DNA of 64,000 nt from Obrimoposthia wandeli (lineage: Eukaryota): contig CDROCS010000253.1 of the NCBI GenBank assembly GCA_977020255.1, positions 744,001 to 808,000 on the forward strand, in the 5' to 3' direction. Of this stretch, positions 1 to 10,053 are shown in pieces. The notes beneath the pieces are model-generated. The model searched no databases and had not been told where the DNA came from. It worked only from the letters and a program-made list of their open reading frames with translations. A program made the position numbers and the translations under genes. The stretch's first letter is position 1. The number at the start of each line of letters is the position of its first letter.

Positions 1-823
1 TACGTAACTTTTGTTGTTGATACATGGCAACCCCACCTAGTCTCACGGTAAGCGCAAAGGCATGTACGGCAATGACATAGTCATTATTGAGTTTAAAAAA
101 GTGACCTCGTGTTAATCGCCAAAATAATAAACTTCCTTGCCCTAAAGTACTCAGCAATATCAATAACGCCATTAACCGGCTAGGCAACCACTGTATAAGC
201 TGGATAAGCAACTGACTATAAAAGCCAAAGTGCTTATATTGCCCTAACTTAGTATTCCAACAATAATGCATTTCTAATATCAATCGGTAACTTAGAGCGA
301 CTAATGGGCCACAGGTAATAAAGAGAAAACTCACTACATAAATTTGCTGCGTGCTACGAATTAAGTGCATTTCAATAGCCGCTTTACTTAAACCAACTTG
401 TGAGAGCTGCTCTGTTTCTCGTAAGAGTAGTGGCTTAAGAGTTTGCTTTGCCAGATAGTTTTGATTAGCGACTAAAGCTTGCGCAATAGCTTTGTTTATC
501 TGCCCTAAATGTAAACTGCCTAGGGCAAAATAAAGCAATAGCCCTTGCCACACATAATCAACCGCAACAAAATCAGCAAATAGCCATAAAATAATAGCTA
601 TAGGTAGCAAAGTGACTAATAACGCTAATAAACCAGCAATGGTTTGATGCTGCACACTATTGTTACTGTTATTAACTTTATTACCTAACTGTAAGCAATA
701 AAATTGATAAAAACGTAACGGCTCATGGGCAATGAAGTGACTCACTAAAGCCTTACTGGTCAGCACTACCATGAGAATTAATACATGATAAGTAAAAGGC
801 GCTAACTCGTTGAGTACTGTCAT
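1..823 (-). CDS. CobD/CbiB (AmpE-like) family membrane protein, runs off the window start
   Basis: Not in the ORF track; translated by hand from ATG 823 (RBS GAAGGG): MTVLNELAPFTYHVLILMVV...LGGVAMYQQQKLR. Multiple hydrophobic segments and a CbiB-like LGG-x-AMY motif; follows mtnN. Confidence 0.75.
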   Translation of the reverse strand, partial: MTVLNELAPFTYHVLILMVVLTSKALVSHFIAHEPLRFYQFYCLQLGNKVNNSNNSVQHQTIAGLLALLVTLLPIAIILWLFADFVAVDYVWQGLLLYFALGSLHLGQINKAIAQALVANQNYLAKQTLKPLLLRETEQLSQVGLSKAAIEMHLIRSTQQIYVVSFLFITCGPLVALSYRLILEMHYCWNTKLGQYKHFGFYSQLLIQLIQWLPSRLMALLILLSTLGQGSLLFWRLTRGHFFKLNNDYVIAVHAFALTVRLGGVAMYQQQKLR

Positions 824-853
824 TAATTATCCCTTCAATTGCCGGTAAATGAT

Positions 854-1585
854 TTAGGCAGCGCTAAGTGTTTTACCTTTAAGTTGCTCTAACATATTCA
901 ATACTAACTGCGATGAATTAACCGCCGCTGTTTCTAAGTACTCTTCAAAGGTATGTGGTGATTCTTTACCAGCAATATCAGAAAGCGAACGAATAACAAC
1001 AAAAGGAGTTTTAAGCTGTAAACACGCTTGTGCTATGGCAGCACCTTCCATTTCAACCGCTGCCATAGTGGGGAAGTTAGCACGTGCTTTGGCAACATCT
1101 TCTTCTTTGGTCATGAAAGTATCACCTGTGGTGATCAACCCTGTTACCGCTTTAATATTTCCCTCAGCAGTTTGGCTTAATTGTTCAATACCTTTTTTTG
1201 CTGCGGCTACCAAATCACCATGTGGCATAAATGCCGCAGGATTTGCTGGTAATTGGCCGACTTCATAACCAAAGGCAGTCAAATCAACATCGTGATAGCG
1301 AACTTCTGAGCTCACGACAATATCGCCTACTTTTAATGATGCATCAAAACCGCCAGCAGAGCCGGTATTAACGACGTAATCAACCTGAAAGCGATCAATT
1401 AATATCGCTGTTGCTAGCGCGGCAGCTACCTTGCCGATACCTGATTGAACAATAACAACATCACTACCGTCTAATTGACCTTGATGAAAAGTGTAACCCG
1501 CATGGTCTGTGCTTTTGGCATCGGTTAATTTTGCTTTTAAAATGGCAACTTCTGGCTCCATTGCGCCAATAATTCCTGCTTTCAT
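854..1585 (-). CDS. mtnN: 5'-methylthioadenosine/S-adenosylhomocysteine nucleosidase
   Basis: GIIGAMEPE, SGIGKVAAA, VEMEGAAIAQ and RSLSD motifs. Confidence 0.97.
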   Translation of the reverse strand: MKAGIIGAMEPEVAILKAKLTDAKSTDHAGYTFHQGQLDGSDVVIVQSGIGKVAAALATAILIDRFQVDYVVNTGSAGGFDASLKVGDIVVSSEVRYHDVDLTAFGYEVGQLPANPAAFMPHGDLVAAAKKGIEQLSQTAEGNIKAVTGLITTGDTFMTKEEDVAKARANFPTMAAVEMEGAAIAQACLQLKTPFVVIRSLSDIAGKESPHTFEEYLETAAVNSSQLVLNMLEQLKGKTLSAA

Positions 1586-1677
1586 GATAATTCCTAACTG
1601 TGTTTAATTTAGTTTAATTAAATTGAGTAAATGATAACTGTTTATTTCGTTTTACTACGACAAATTCATACACTATT

Positions 1678-2427
1678 TTATGCGTATTCCTGCAGGCCAT
1701 AAAAAATAATATTATCAATAAATTGGATGTTTTGTATCGTCATAATTTTTTCAGTTGTCTGTGCTAACAATAACGTTGTTAACGCCTTACCATCACCACC
1801 CGTTAAAATAATACGATCAATACTTCCTAATTGCTGCGCTTGTTCAATGGCTTGTTCAATCATACCCAGAGTAGCTGCCCAACAAGCATTATTAACATTA
1901 TCGGTAGTGTTAGTGCCAAAGGCTAAATTGGTTACCGTTTTACTTTCTGCATGAACTAAAGTGCTATGACTTAAAATACTGTTAAAAAGTGCTTTAATGC
2001 CCGCTAATATCCAACCACCTTGATGCTGACCATTACTTGCCAACACATCAACAGTGGTTGCAGTGCCGGCATCAATTATTAATACATTTTCTTTTGGGTA
2101 AAGATGTGTTGCCCCTAATAAGGCGAGCCAGCGGTCGATACCTAAGGTAGTTGGTTCTTGATACGCCGATATCAAGGTGTTTTTTTGCTGTTCACTATGC
2201 ACTTGTTCGTAGCTGATTTTTTGTCGTGCACACCAAGTAGCAAGCTCATTGGTTAATGCCGACTTAGCCACATTAGCGACTATTACTCGGCTAGCTTGGC
2301 TGAAATATTTCGCAAAATATATCACAGAAAAGTCATTATTATTTAGCTGCGTAGTCGCTGATAATTCACCGCTAATGAGCTGTACATATTTCGTTCGGCT
2401 ATTGCCAATATCAATTAATATAATCAT
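1678..2427 (-). CDS. coaX: Type III pantothenate kinase
   Basis: IDIGNSRTK, LGIDRW, IDAGTATTVD and GGWI motifs; downstream of birA. Confidence 0.93.
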   Translation of the reverse strand: MIILIDIGNSRTKYVQLISGELSATTQLNNNDFSVIYFAKYFSQASRVIVANVAKSALTNELATWCARQKISYEQVHSEQQKNTLISAYQEPTTLGIDRWLALLGATHLYPKENVLIIDAGTATTVDVLASNGQHQGGWILAGIKALFNSILSHSTLVHAESKTVTNLAFGTNTTDNVNNACWAATLGMIEQAIEQAQQLGSIDRIILTGGDGKALTTLLLAQTTEKIMTIQNIQFIDNIIFYGLQEYA

Positions 2428-3425
2428 TCGTCCATCCTAAGACTTACTTCACCGCCGTAAACTGGTTTAACTTGTCCATCAACTTCTAACAATAAAGCAC
2501 CTTGGTTATTAACACCTCGACATATACCATGAGTTGATCGCTCTCCAGTAATCAGTTTTACCCGTTTATTTAAAAAAACATCATGAGCATGCCATTCTTC
2601 TAACATGGACACTAAGCCCTCTTGCTGGTGCTGATGCAGTCGTTGTCTTAAGCAACTGATTAATTGTGCACTGAGTCCATTTCTATCAATATCGCCTTTA
2701 CTGTGTGATTGCAAGTCGGTCCATTTTTGTTCAATTAATTTACCTGCTTGTTCTGGCATATGCAGGTTTAGACCTATGCCTATTACACAATGACTAGGCT
2801 CTAACGCCTGCCCTTCGAGATCTATTAAAATACCAGCAAGCTTGACGCCATCAAGGTAAATATCATTTGGCCACTTCAACTGAACTTGTATATTACTATG
2901 GGCTTTTACTGCATCGCTGACGGCTAATGCGGTGACTAAACTTAATCCCATGGCTGCTGATAAACCTTGCTCCAAGTACCAGTACATAGACAAGTAAATT
3001 TGTGAGCCAAAAGGTGAAATCCACTGTCGCCCTCGACGACCTCGACCAGCACTTTGATACTCAGCTAAACAAACTTGTCCTGATGATACTTGATTGGGCA
3101 AACGCCTCATTAAGTAGTCATTGGTGGAGTCAATTAAGCTATGCACTTCAATCAATGGCAAATCGCTTTGCTTTTCACCTTGCTTGTTCACTTCATCGGC
3201 CAATAGACTGATAATTTTGTCTTTCTCTAATAAGTACAGCGGCTGCGCCAGCTTGTAACCTTTACCGGTGACACTGTAAATATCTAAGCCAATTTCGGTT
3301 AATACTTTAATATGTTTAGCAATAGCAGTACGGCTTATTCCTAACTGCTCACCAAGCAACTGTCCTGAAATAAATTGACCTGAGGCTAATGACTTAACTA
3401 AGTGTTCTTTAACAATTTTAGTCAT
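2424..3425 (-). CDS. birA: Bifunctional biotin-protein ligase/repressor
   Basis: N-terminal HTH ([20 protein letters not shown]), GRGRRGR, KWPND and KLAGIL; start placed at ATG 3425, which overlaps the murB stop. Confidence 0.96.
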   Translation of the reverse strand: MTKIVKEHLVKSLASGQFISGQLLGEQLGISRTAIAKHIKVLTEIGLDIYSVTGKGYKLAQPLYLLEKDKIISLLADEVNKQGEKQSDLPLIEVHSLIDSTNDYLMRRLPNQVSSGQVCLAEYQSAGRGRRGRQWISPFGSQIYLSMYWYLEQGLSAAMGLSLVTALAVSDAVKAHSNIQVQLKWPNDIYLDGVKLAGILIDLEGQALEPSHCVIGIGLNLHMPEQAGKLIEQKWTDLQSHSKGDIDRNGLSAQLISCLRQRLHQHQQEGLVSMLEEWHAHDVFLNKRVKLITGERSTHGICRGVNNQGALLLEVDGQVKPVYGGEVSLRMDE

Positions 3426-4524
3426 CGCTATTACCTCTAATAGAATTAATATCTCCACCAGAATTAAGATTTTCGATAGGATTAGTATCAGTCAGAGATG
3501 AAAATGGTCTTTCGCCTTTATGCGTAATCATACGTACTTCAGGTGTTAAGGAAACGGAGAATTTTTCTGCTACTTTTTGTTGAATATATTTAGCCAAGCT
3601 AATAATTTCTGCACCTAAGTCACTACCATAATTGACTATAACTAACGCTTGTTGCTGATGCACACCAACAAGCCCATGACGAAAGCCTTTTAATCCTGCT
3701 TGATCTATTAACCAACCAGCAGCCAGTTTTATCTCACCATTTTTCTGTGAATAATGGGGTATTGTCGGGTATTTCTGCTGTAATTGCGTAAAATCGGCTT
3801 CATTAACTATAGGGTTTTTAAAGAAGCTGCCAGCATTAGGTAATTCTTTAGGGTCGGGTAACTTGCTACTGCGTAATTTAATGACTTGTGCCATCACCTG
3901 CTGAGCCGTGCTATCTTTTGCCAGAATATCCAAGCCCGCGTAAGAAAAGTTTGCTTGCCATGCTTTAGGAAAATTAAAAGTCACCTGAGTAATTAAGCCT
4001 TTGTTATAGCGCTCCTGCTTAAAAATACTATCGCGATAGGCAAAGCGACAGGCTTGCTTAGTGAGCGAGTGCATGGTTTTATTCTTAAATTCATACCACT
4101 GTATTTCTTGACAAAAATCAGCAAACTCTACGCCATAAGCACCAATATTTTGCACGGGCGCTGCACCAACACTACCGGGGATCAAGGCTAAATTCTCTAA
4201 GCCATAAATACCTTTATCTAAACAAAAACAAACGAGGTCATGCCAGTTTTCAGCTGCACCCACAGTGACAACAAAGTGATCATCTCTTTCAATAATATTA
4301 ATACCGCTAAATTTCGGTTGAATAATAATGGGCGCTTGTGGTTCAACAAATAAGGTATTACTACCTTCACCCAGAATATAAAACTTGTCTGAGGTATTGC
4401 CAGCGGTTAACTCAGGTAATTGCTGTAATTCTGCCAGGGAGCTTGGGAAATAGATGCGTGAGCAACTCGCCTTAATGTTAAAGCTGTTACTGCTTTTTAG
4501 GGAGTAATTTTGGTTTGAGTGCAT
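3418..4524 (-). CDS. murB: UDP-N-acetylenolpyruvoylglucosamine reductase
   Basis: [34 protein letters not shown] and LTPEVR; start placed at MHSNQ (alternative 4530). Confidence 0.96.
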   Translation of the reverse strand: MHSNQNYSLKSSNSFNIKASCSRIYFPSSLAELQQLPELTAGNTSDKFYILGEGSNTLFVEPQAPIIIQPKFSGINIIERDDHFVVTVGAAENWHDLVCFCLDKGIYGLENLALIPGSVGAAPVQNIGAYGVEFADFCQEIQWYEFKNKTMHSLTKQACRFAYRDSIFKQERYNKGLITQVTFNFPKAWQANFSYAGLDILAKDSTAQQVMAQVIKLRSSKLPDPKELPNAGSFFKNPIVNEADFTQLQQKYPTIPHYSQKNGEIKLAAGWLIDQAGLKGFRHGLVGVHQQQALVIVNYGSDLGAEIISLAKYIQQKVAEKFSVSLTPEVRMITHKGERPFSSLTDTNPIENLNSGGDINSIRGNSDD

Positions 4525-4690
4525 AGCCATGAAAATGAAAAATGAAAGAATCATTATTGTACTGAAAAATGAGCTCAACACCAATAAATAGCGATGATGA
4601 CGCACCAAAAATCCTCTAGGTGCGTTATTTACAGTAATGACTCATTTTCTTTATTACTATCACTCCGTCAGTAATTTCAACTTAACGGGA

Positions 4691-5347
4691 TTAGATTCGC
4701 ACTAAAACATCGTTAAGGGCTAAACGAGATTTTGGTAATTTGGCGTTAAAATCGTCTTCAGGGTGATGATAACCAATAGCTAATGCTACATCACATTGGT
4801 AACCATCAAGTTCTTCGCTAAACTCTTTATTCACTAACTCAATATCAATACCCTCCATTGGTGTCGAGTCAATTTGCAGTCGAGCAAGTATGTGAAGCGT
4901 ATTACCTAAAGCTAAGTAAGTTTGTGCTTTGGTCCAAGTGCTGGTATCGCCCAATTCGCTAGTATTAAGCTCTGCAAAAAGGAAACCACCAAATGCCGCT
5001 TCGCGTTTTTCAGGCTGTGTACGCTTATCGACAATACCTTTATCTACCACCTTGGCATAATCAGTTCGATTATATTTAGGGTTGTAAGCAAACAAAATCA
5101 TCTGCGAGCTATCAAATACATGCGGTAGATTATAGTGATGCATATTGGCGAATGTTTTACTCATACGGCTTTTTGCTTCATCACTTTCAAGTACGATAAA
5201 CTTCCAGGGTTGCGAGTTAATAGACGAAGCCGAGAGACGCATTGCTTCAAATAAGATATCAAGGTCTGCCGCTGGAATTTTTCTCGTGGCGTCGTATTTT
5301 TTTACCGTATGGCGGCTAGCAAGATCTTCGATAATCGGGTGAGTCAT
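4691..5347 (-). CDS. NAD(P)H nitroreductase, NfsB/dihydropteridine reductase-like
   Basis: RHTVKKYD, SASSINSQPWKF and STPMEGID motifs. Confidence 0.9.
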   Translation of the reverse strand: MTHPIIEDLASRHTVKKYDATRKIPAADLDILFEAMRLSASSINSQPWKFIVLESDEAKSRMSKTFANMHHYNLPHVFDSSQMILFAYNPKYNRTDYAKVVDKGIVDKRTQPEKREAAFGGFLFAELNTSELGDTSTWTKAQTYLALGNTLHILARLQIDSTPMEGIDIELVNKEFSEELDGYQCDVALAIGYHHPEDDFNAKLPKSRLALNDVLVRI

Positions 5348-5477
5348 GGTGATTCCATCTAAGTTACGGATATAAAGGTAAGGTAATAGCTATGACGTTG
5401 ACTTTCAATGCCGCTAAGGTAAATTTTTAACCTTAGCGACCAATTGGCTTACTGAAAAGCACGACTATACTGGTAGG

Positions 5478-6461
5478 CTATTTATTTACGTCAACCACGA
5501 CACGACCAGTAACGTTACCATCAAGTAACTTAGTTGCTACGTCGATGGACTCTGCTAAACTAATCACTTCTGCTATCGATTCCATTTCCGTTGCTGGTAA
5601 AATTTCTGATAGTTTTTTCCATGCTGCCACTCTATCTGCTCTTGGACGCATAACGCTATCAACACCTAATAAAGATACCCCGCGTAAAATAAAAGGAGCA
5701 ACTGAGGCTGGTAAATCCATGCCTTGCGCTAAACCACAAGCCGCAACAGCACCACCATATTGAATACTTGCGCAAACGTTAGCAAGCGTATGACTACCTA
5801 TAGAATCAACAGCGCCAGCCCATTTTTCTTTCATTAATGGCTTACCTGGGGCTGATAACTCTGCTCTATCGATAATCTCAGTCGCACCTAAGTCATAAAG
5901 ATAATCATGTTGATCACTACTACCTGTTGAGGCAACAACCGAATATCCCATTAAGGAAAGTAGTTTTACTGCGAAGCTACCAACGCCACCAGTAGCACCC
6001 GTAACGAGGATTTTACCACTTTGGGGAGTAACACCACTTTTCTCTAAAGCGAGAATACACAACATAGCAGTATAACCTGCGGTACCAATTGACATTGCCT
6101 GCAGTGGCGAAATACTTTCTGGTAGGGGAATTAGCCAGTCACTATTTACTTTGGCTTTCTGTGATAAACCACCCATATGCTTCTCACCAACACCAAAGCC
6201 GTTAAGTATCACCTTATCGCCAACGTTGAATTCATCACTTTCACTGTGTTCAACAACGCCACTAAAATCTATTCCGGGTATCATTGGAAAGCTTCTTATT
6301 ACCGGAGCTTTACCCGTAATTGCTAACGCGTCTTTGTAATTAAGCGTGCTATAGAGGACTTTCACTAAGACATTGCCTTGAGATAAGCTTTGCTCAGGTA
6401 ATTCAGTGATCGATGTTCTGTAACCGTCTTCATCTTTATTTACTAGTAAACATTTAAACAT
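5478..6461 (-). CDS. acuI: Acrylyl-CoA reductase AcuI/YhdH family (MDR superfamily)
   Basis: YSTLNYKDALA, PGIDFSG, GTAGYTAML, GATGGVGS and ILRGVSLLGVDS; GGAGG RBS before ATG 6461. Confidence 0.9.
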   Translation of the reverse strand: MFKCLLVNKDEDGYRTSITELPEQSLSQGNVLVKVLYSTLNYKDALAITGKAPVIRSFPMIPGIDFSGVVEHSESDEFNVGDKVILNGFGVGEKHMGGLSQKAKVNSDWLIPLPESISPLQAMSIGTAGYTAMLCILALEKSGVTPQSGKILVTGATGGVGSFAVKLLSLMGYSVVASTGSSDQHDYLYDLGATEIIDRAELSAPGKPLMKEKWAGAVDSIGSHTLANVCASIQYGGAVAACGLAQGMDLPASVAPFILRGVSLLGVDSVMRPRADRVAAWKKLSEILPATEMESIAEVISLAESIDVATKLLDGNVTGRVVVDVNK

Positions 6462-6475
6462 ATGAACCTCCAATA

Positions 6476-6490
6476 TAGACCGATCGTCTA
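6476..6490. promoter_or_regulatory. Palindromic TetR-type operator TAGAC-CGATC-GTCTA upstream of acuI
   Basis: Identical 15-mer also at 7140-7154, in front of the TetR gene. Confidence 0.8.
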
Positions 6491-6505
6491 TTAATTAATA
6501 AATAG

Positions 6506-7129
6506 TTATTTTTTTAACAATTGTAAAAAGTGATTGATAAAAAGATCAATAGGCTGAGTACTTTGTACCAGCTTACAACGACTTACTGCCCCTTCCCAAC
6601 CAATCCAAAAAAACTCTGCTAAGGAGTGACGTTCTTCTTGCTCAGCATCAGGGCAAAGCACATTGAGAAGATCAACGATTTTACTCTGCCAGCCTTGCAT
6701 CACCCTAATTAACTTATCACGGTGACTATCAGGTAAAACGGCAATTTCTTGCTCTAGGTTGCCAACTAAACAGCCACGATTAAAATGATATTTTTCGATA
6801 CCCGCTTTAGCATCATCAACAAAATTTATTAATCTTTTTTCAGGCGCTAACTGATCATTTTTTAAATGTGAATCAAGTTTACGACTGAAATAGTTGTCGT
6901 AATAGTCAATTACCGCTAAACCAAATACTTCTTTATTGGCAAAGTAATAATAGAAAGACCCCTTAGGTACAGACACTTTTTTTAATATCTGATCTAAACC
7001 CGATGAAGCAAAACCAAATTGCGTGAAGTGTTCAACGCCACTACTGATTAATTCAGCTTTGGTATTAGCGGTATCTCGACCAGACTTTGCCGGCCGACCT
7101 CTTCGTTTTTTATCATTATCTAATTGCAT
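6506..7129 (-). CDS. acuR: TetR-family regulator, AcuR-like
   Basis: HTH with VSVPKGSFYYYFANKE; GCLVGNL C-domain; directly upstream of acuI. Confidence 0.8.
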   Translation of the reverse strand: MQLDNDKKRRGRPAKSGRDTANTKAELISSGVEHFTQFGFASSGLDQILKKVSVPKGSFYYYFANKEVFGLAVIDYYDNYFSRKLDSHLKNDQLAPEKRLINFVDDAKAGIEKYHFNRGCLVGNLEQEIAVLPDSHRDKLIRVMQGWQSKIVDLLNVLCPDAEQEERHSLAEFFWIGWEGAVSRCKLVQSTQPIDLFINHFLQLLKK

Positions 7130-7139
7130 GACTCTATAT

Positions 7140-7154
7140 TAGACCGATCGTCTA
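7140..7154. promoter_or_regulatory. Second copy of operator TAGACCGATCGTCTA upstream of acuR
   Basis: Exact repeat of 6476-6490. Confidence 0.8.
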
Positions 7155-7218
7155 TTTAATTACAAGCATTAATTTGTATAAATAGTGAACAAGGTGATAA
7201 AGCAAACATCACCTAAGA

Positions 7219-7254
7219 TGGTCAAATATACTAAACCTATGGCTAATTTAACCA
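7219..7254 (+). promoter_or_regulatory. Two putative enhancer (UAS) boxes TGGTCAAATATACTA and TGGCTAATTTAACCA
   Basis: Imperfect palindromes 21 bp apart, about 100-130 bp upstream of a sigma54 promoter; resemble PspF-type sites (inference). Confidence 0.5.
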
Positions 7255-7320
7255 AAAAGTTAATTTTTTTGATATTAAGTGTTTTCCCCATAAGTAATAG
7301 TAAACAAAATAAACATTAAT

Positions 7321-7333
7321 TATCAATGAGTTA
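7321..7333 (+). promoter_or_regulatory. IHF site TATCAATGAGTTA
   Basis: Exact match to WATCAANNNNTTR, lying between the UAS boxes and the sigma54 promoter. Confidence 0.7.
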
Positions 7334-7349
7334 AGTTATTAGCAATCTT

Positions 7350-7365
7350 TGGCACAGCACTTGTA
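7350..7365 (+). promoter_or_regulatory. Sigma54 -24/-12 promoter TGGCAC-AGCAC-TTGTA
   Basis: Correct TGGCAC-N5-TTG spacing with GT instead of GC at -12. Confidence 0.75.
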
Positions 7366-7457
7366 ATAGCTAATACATATGAAACGATGTTTAACATCAA
7401 AAGAGAAAACTAGCACTACAACGTAACCAACAAACACTAAGAGAGAAGGAATTTATT

Positions 7458-7790
7458 ATGAGCACATTTAACATGACTAAAAATACTAGCAGTAAAATTA
7501 AAGATACAAGCCTTGCGTTAGTACTTATCGGATCTTTACTGGGTGCAACGCTAAGCACTAGTGTTAATGCAGCACCTGTAACAAGTGTTGAAAAAGCGGT
7601 AAGCCACTTTGTTATTGCCCAAGGTGAAAAAATGATTACAGAATTAAATACGCAATTACAGCAATCAATTGATAAAGAAATTAAAGAATTTTCTGCTAAC
7701 TTCTCATTTAATAATGCGGCGACTTGGTTAACCACAGAACAAAAAGTGGAACAGGAAAAACCTTCAGTAAACAAAATAAATATCAATTAA
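7458..7790 (+). CDS. Small hypothetical secreted protein
   Basis: AAGGA RBS; Sec signal ending VNA-AP; amphipathic-looking mature part; no family recognised. Confidence 0.75.
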   Translation: MSTFNMTKNTSSKIKDTSLALVLIGSLLGATLSTSVNAAPVTSVEKAVSHFVIAQGEKMITELNTQLQQSIDKEIKEFSANFSFNNAATWLTTEQKVEQEKPSVNKININ

Positions 7791-7825
7791 TCACAAATAA
7801 AATCAAACTAAGTAGGAGATAAATT

Positions 7826-8488
7826 ATGGGATTATTCAGCCGTTTTACCGACATTATTAATGCAAATTTAAACAGCATGTTAGACAAAGCCGAGCATCCA
7901 GAAAAAATGATCCGTTTGATCATTGGCGAAATGGAAGAAACATTAGTTGAAGTACGCTCAACTGCAGCCAAAAATATTGCTGAGCAAAAAACCTTAGCAA
8001 GAAAAGTTAAAGCAACTCAAGAAGGCGTTACCCATTGGCATGACAAAGCAGAGCTTGCGTTAAATAAAGGTCGCGAAGATTTAGCAAAATCAGCACTGGC
8101 ACAAAAACATAAATGCCAAGCTGAATTAACTCAGCTAGATGCTGAAGATGCACAATTAACTGACTTATTAACTGCCATACAAGAAGATGCGCAACGCTTG
8201 CAAGATAAACTTAATGAAGCCAAACGTCGTCAAGAAGCGTTACGGCTTCGTCAAGAATCAGCTGAAGTAAGATTAAAGGTGCGTGAAACAGCAGTTATTC
8301 ACAACATTGATGAAGCAATGGCCAAGTTTGAGCGTTACCAACAGAAAATTGATCATCTTGAAGCACAAGTTGAATCTTATGATTTAACAGAAAATAAAGA
8401 TTTATCCACGCAAATATCTGAACTTGAGCAAGACGACAGCATTGAAGCTGAATTAGCCGAAATGAAAAAAAGGGTCATTAACGGTTAA
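7826..8488 (+). CDS. pspA: Phage shock protein A (PspA/IM30)
   Basis: MGLFSRFTDIINANLNSMLDKAEHPEKMIRLII N-terminus; coiled coil. Confidence 0.95.
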   Translation: MGLFSRFTDIINANLNSMLDKAEHPEKMIRLIIGEMEETLVEVRSTAAKNIAEQKTLARKVKATQEGVTHWHDKAELALNKGREDLAKSALAQKHKCQAELTQLDAEDAQLTDLLTAIQEDAQRLQDKLNEAKRRQEALRLRQESAEVRLKVRETAVIHNIDEAMAKFERYQQKIDHLEAQVESYDLTENKDLSTQISELEQDDSIEAELAEMKKRVING

Positions 8489-8551
8489 TCTATCCACAGA
8501 TTATTTACACCAAGTCCCTCGTTCATAGGAGGGCAAAACTAAGGAATTACC

Positions 8552-8782
8552 ATGAGATACGACAGAGAATATTCAACTATAAAAAGTGTTCGTCAAACAT
8601 TATGTAAAGACATAGCAAATAAAAAATTGACTGGGGTATGTGCAGGCATTGCCAAATATTATGATTTCCCGCGCTTAGCTGTACGTATTGCCGCTATTGC
8701 CGTACTGATTATGTTACCCGTAGTTACGGGTGTCGCCTATGTCGTAGCAAGTATATTGTTACCAAATAGTAAATATTATTAA
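8552..8782 (+). CDS. pspC: PspC-domain protein (short, no C-terminal coiled coil)
   Basis: KKLTGVCAGIAKYY motif followed by a TM segment. Confidence 0.85.
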   Translation: MRYDREYSTIKSVRQTLCKDIANKKLTGVCAGIAKYYDFPRLAVRIAAIAVLIMLPVVTGVAYVVASILLPNSKYY

Positions 8783-8810
8783 TCTAGATCTGTATAAAAG
8801 TGAGGACATA

Positions 8811-9152
8811 ATGAGTTTTTTTAAATCCTTAATATTGGCAATTTTTTCGACCATTTTCTTAACCTATGTTTTTGGTGTTGGCATGCTAGAGTTAACGAAC
8901 TTGCATGTGATGATGGACGGTGAAATCGTTGAACCGCTAAAAGCCATCGGCGTTTCAGCTTTAGTGGTGGTGGTATTAGTTGTGGCCGCACTAGGAATTG
9001 TATTAAGTGTGTTTGGTAGCATGATATTTATTGGCTTGGTTATCTTTGGAAGCATTGCCATGGTAACTGTCGGTGTATTTTGGCCAATTCTATTAATGGC
9101 TGTCGTTATCTGGCTTTTTAGTCGAAATAAAAACACTAAGCAGTATGCTTAG
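8811..9152 (+). CDS. Hypothetical integral membrane protein
   Basis: GAGGA RBS; 113 aa with about three hydrophobic segments; last gene of the psp-like run. Confidence 0.75.
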   Translation: MSFFKSLILAIFSTIFLTYVFGVGMLELTNLHVMMDGEIVEPLKAIGVSALVVVVLVVAALGIVLSVFGSMIFIGLVIFGSIAMVTVGVFWPILLMAVVIWLFSRNKNTKQYA

Positions 9153-9223
9153 TGTTTAGTACTTAATACCCAGTAAAAGCAGCAATAATCTAGCAAGGTA
9201 GATTTAAATAATATCGCTCAGTT

Positions 9224-9961
9224 TTATTTGAAAAATTTAGCCAGAATATTTTTACATTCATCCGACTTAACTAAATGAGAAAACGCTTGGCTTTCATCAC
9301 TAAGGACCTGGCTTAATACTAGTTTGTTCGCTTGACGAATTAACCGTCTGCTAGTCATTACTGACTCAACAGGCAAATTGGCAATAGCTTGGGCAACATC
9401 GGACGTGAGCGCTAAGAGTTGATCAGGCTGACAAGTTTGGTTAGTAATGCCATAACCCAATGCTTGCTCCGCATTAAAAGTTTGACCAAGCACCATTAAC
9501 TCAAAGGCTTTATTAGGGCCGACTTTTTGAGTTAATAACAGACTAGAACCCGCTTCTGGACACAAGCCTAGTTGGGTAAAAGGTAGTTTAAATTTACTAT
9601 TATTGGCCGCAATAACCATATCACAATGCAATAACATTGTAGTACCAATACCAACAGCAACGCCAGCAACACCAGCTACGAGTGGTTTAGTAAATTCTGA
9701 CAGAACTTTAACGAATTCAAGCGCTGCTAATTCATCATCAGCTGAACATTGAATAAAATCGTGTAAGTCATTACCCGCACAAAAGCACTGTTCATTGCCT
9801 TGAATGACCAAGCAATGAATACTTGATGTTTGCTCTGCATAAGCGAAATACTGACAGAGTTGTTTATACATATCGTTAGTTAATGCATTTTTTTTATCAA
9901 TACGATTCAAGGTAATGGTAAAAACACCTTGGTTTTCTGTCGTTAAAATCAAATTATCCAT
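9224..9961 (-). CDS. Enoyl-CoA hydratase/isomerase family protein
   Basis: LNRIDKKNAL, FCAGNDL, AVGIGTTMLLHCD and LGLCPEAGSS motifs. Confidence 0.93.
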   Translation of the reverse strand: MDNLILTTENQGVFTITLNRIDKKNALTNDMYKQLCQYFAYAEQTSSIHCLVIQGNEQCFCAGNDLHDFIQCSADDELAALEFVKVLSEFTKPLVAGVAGVAVGIGTTMLLHCDMVIAANNSKFKLPFTQLGLCPEAGSSLLLTQKVGPNKAFELMVLGQTFNAEQALGYGITNQTCQPDQLLALTSDVAQAIANLPVESVMTSRRLIRQANKLVLSQVLSDESQAFSHLVKSDECKNILAKFFK

Positions 9962-10053
9962 TTGCCACCAGTTTAGTTACATAGGTATATCAATACGATT
10001 GATATAAGATATAGTCAAACCATAATACTTGTTATCAGGGATGTATAGTTACA

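Noticed and set aside
824-853. Cobalamin riboswitch before the CbiB-like gene
   Set aside because: Only 30 nt separate it from mtnN; no room and no motif.
4535-4560. Possible Fur box upstream of murB
   Set aside because: Half-site spacing is 2 nt too long for the Fur consensus.
7397-7786. 129-aa minus-strand ORF
   Set aside because: Antisense shadow of the plus-strand secreted protein, which has an RBS, a signal peptide and operon context.
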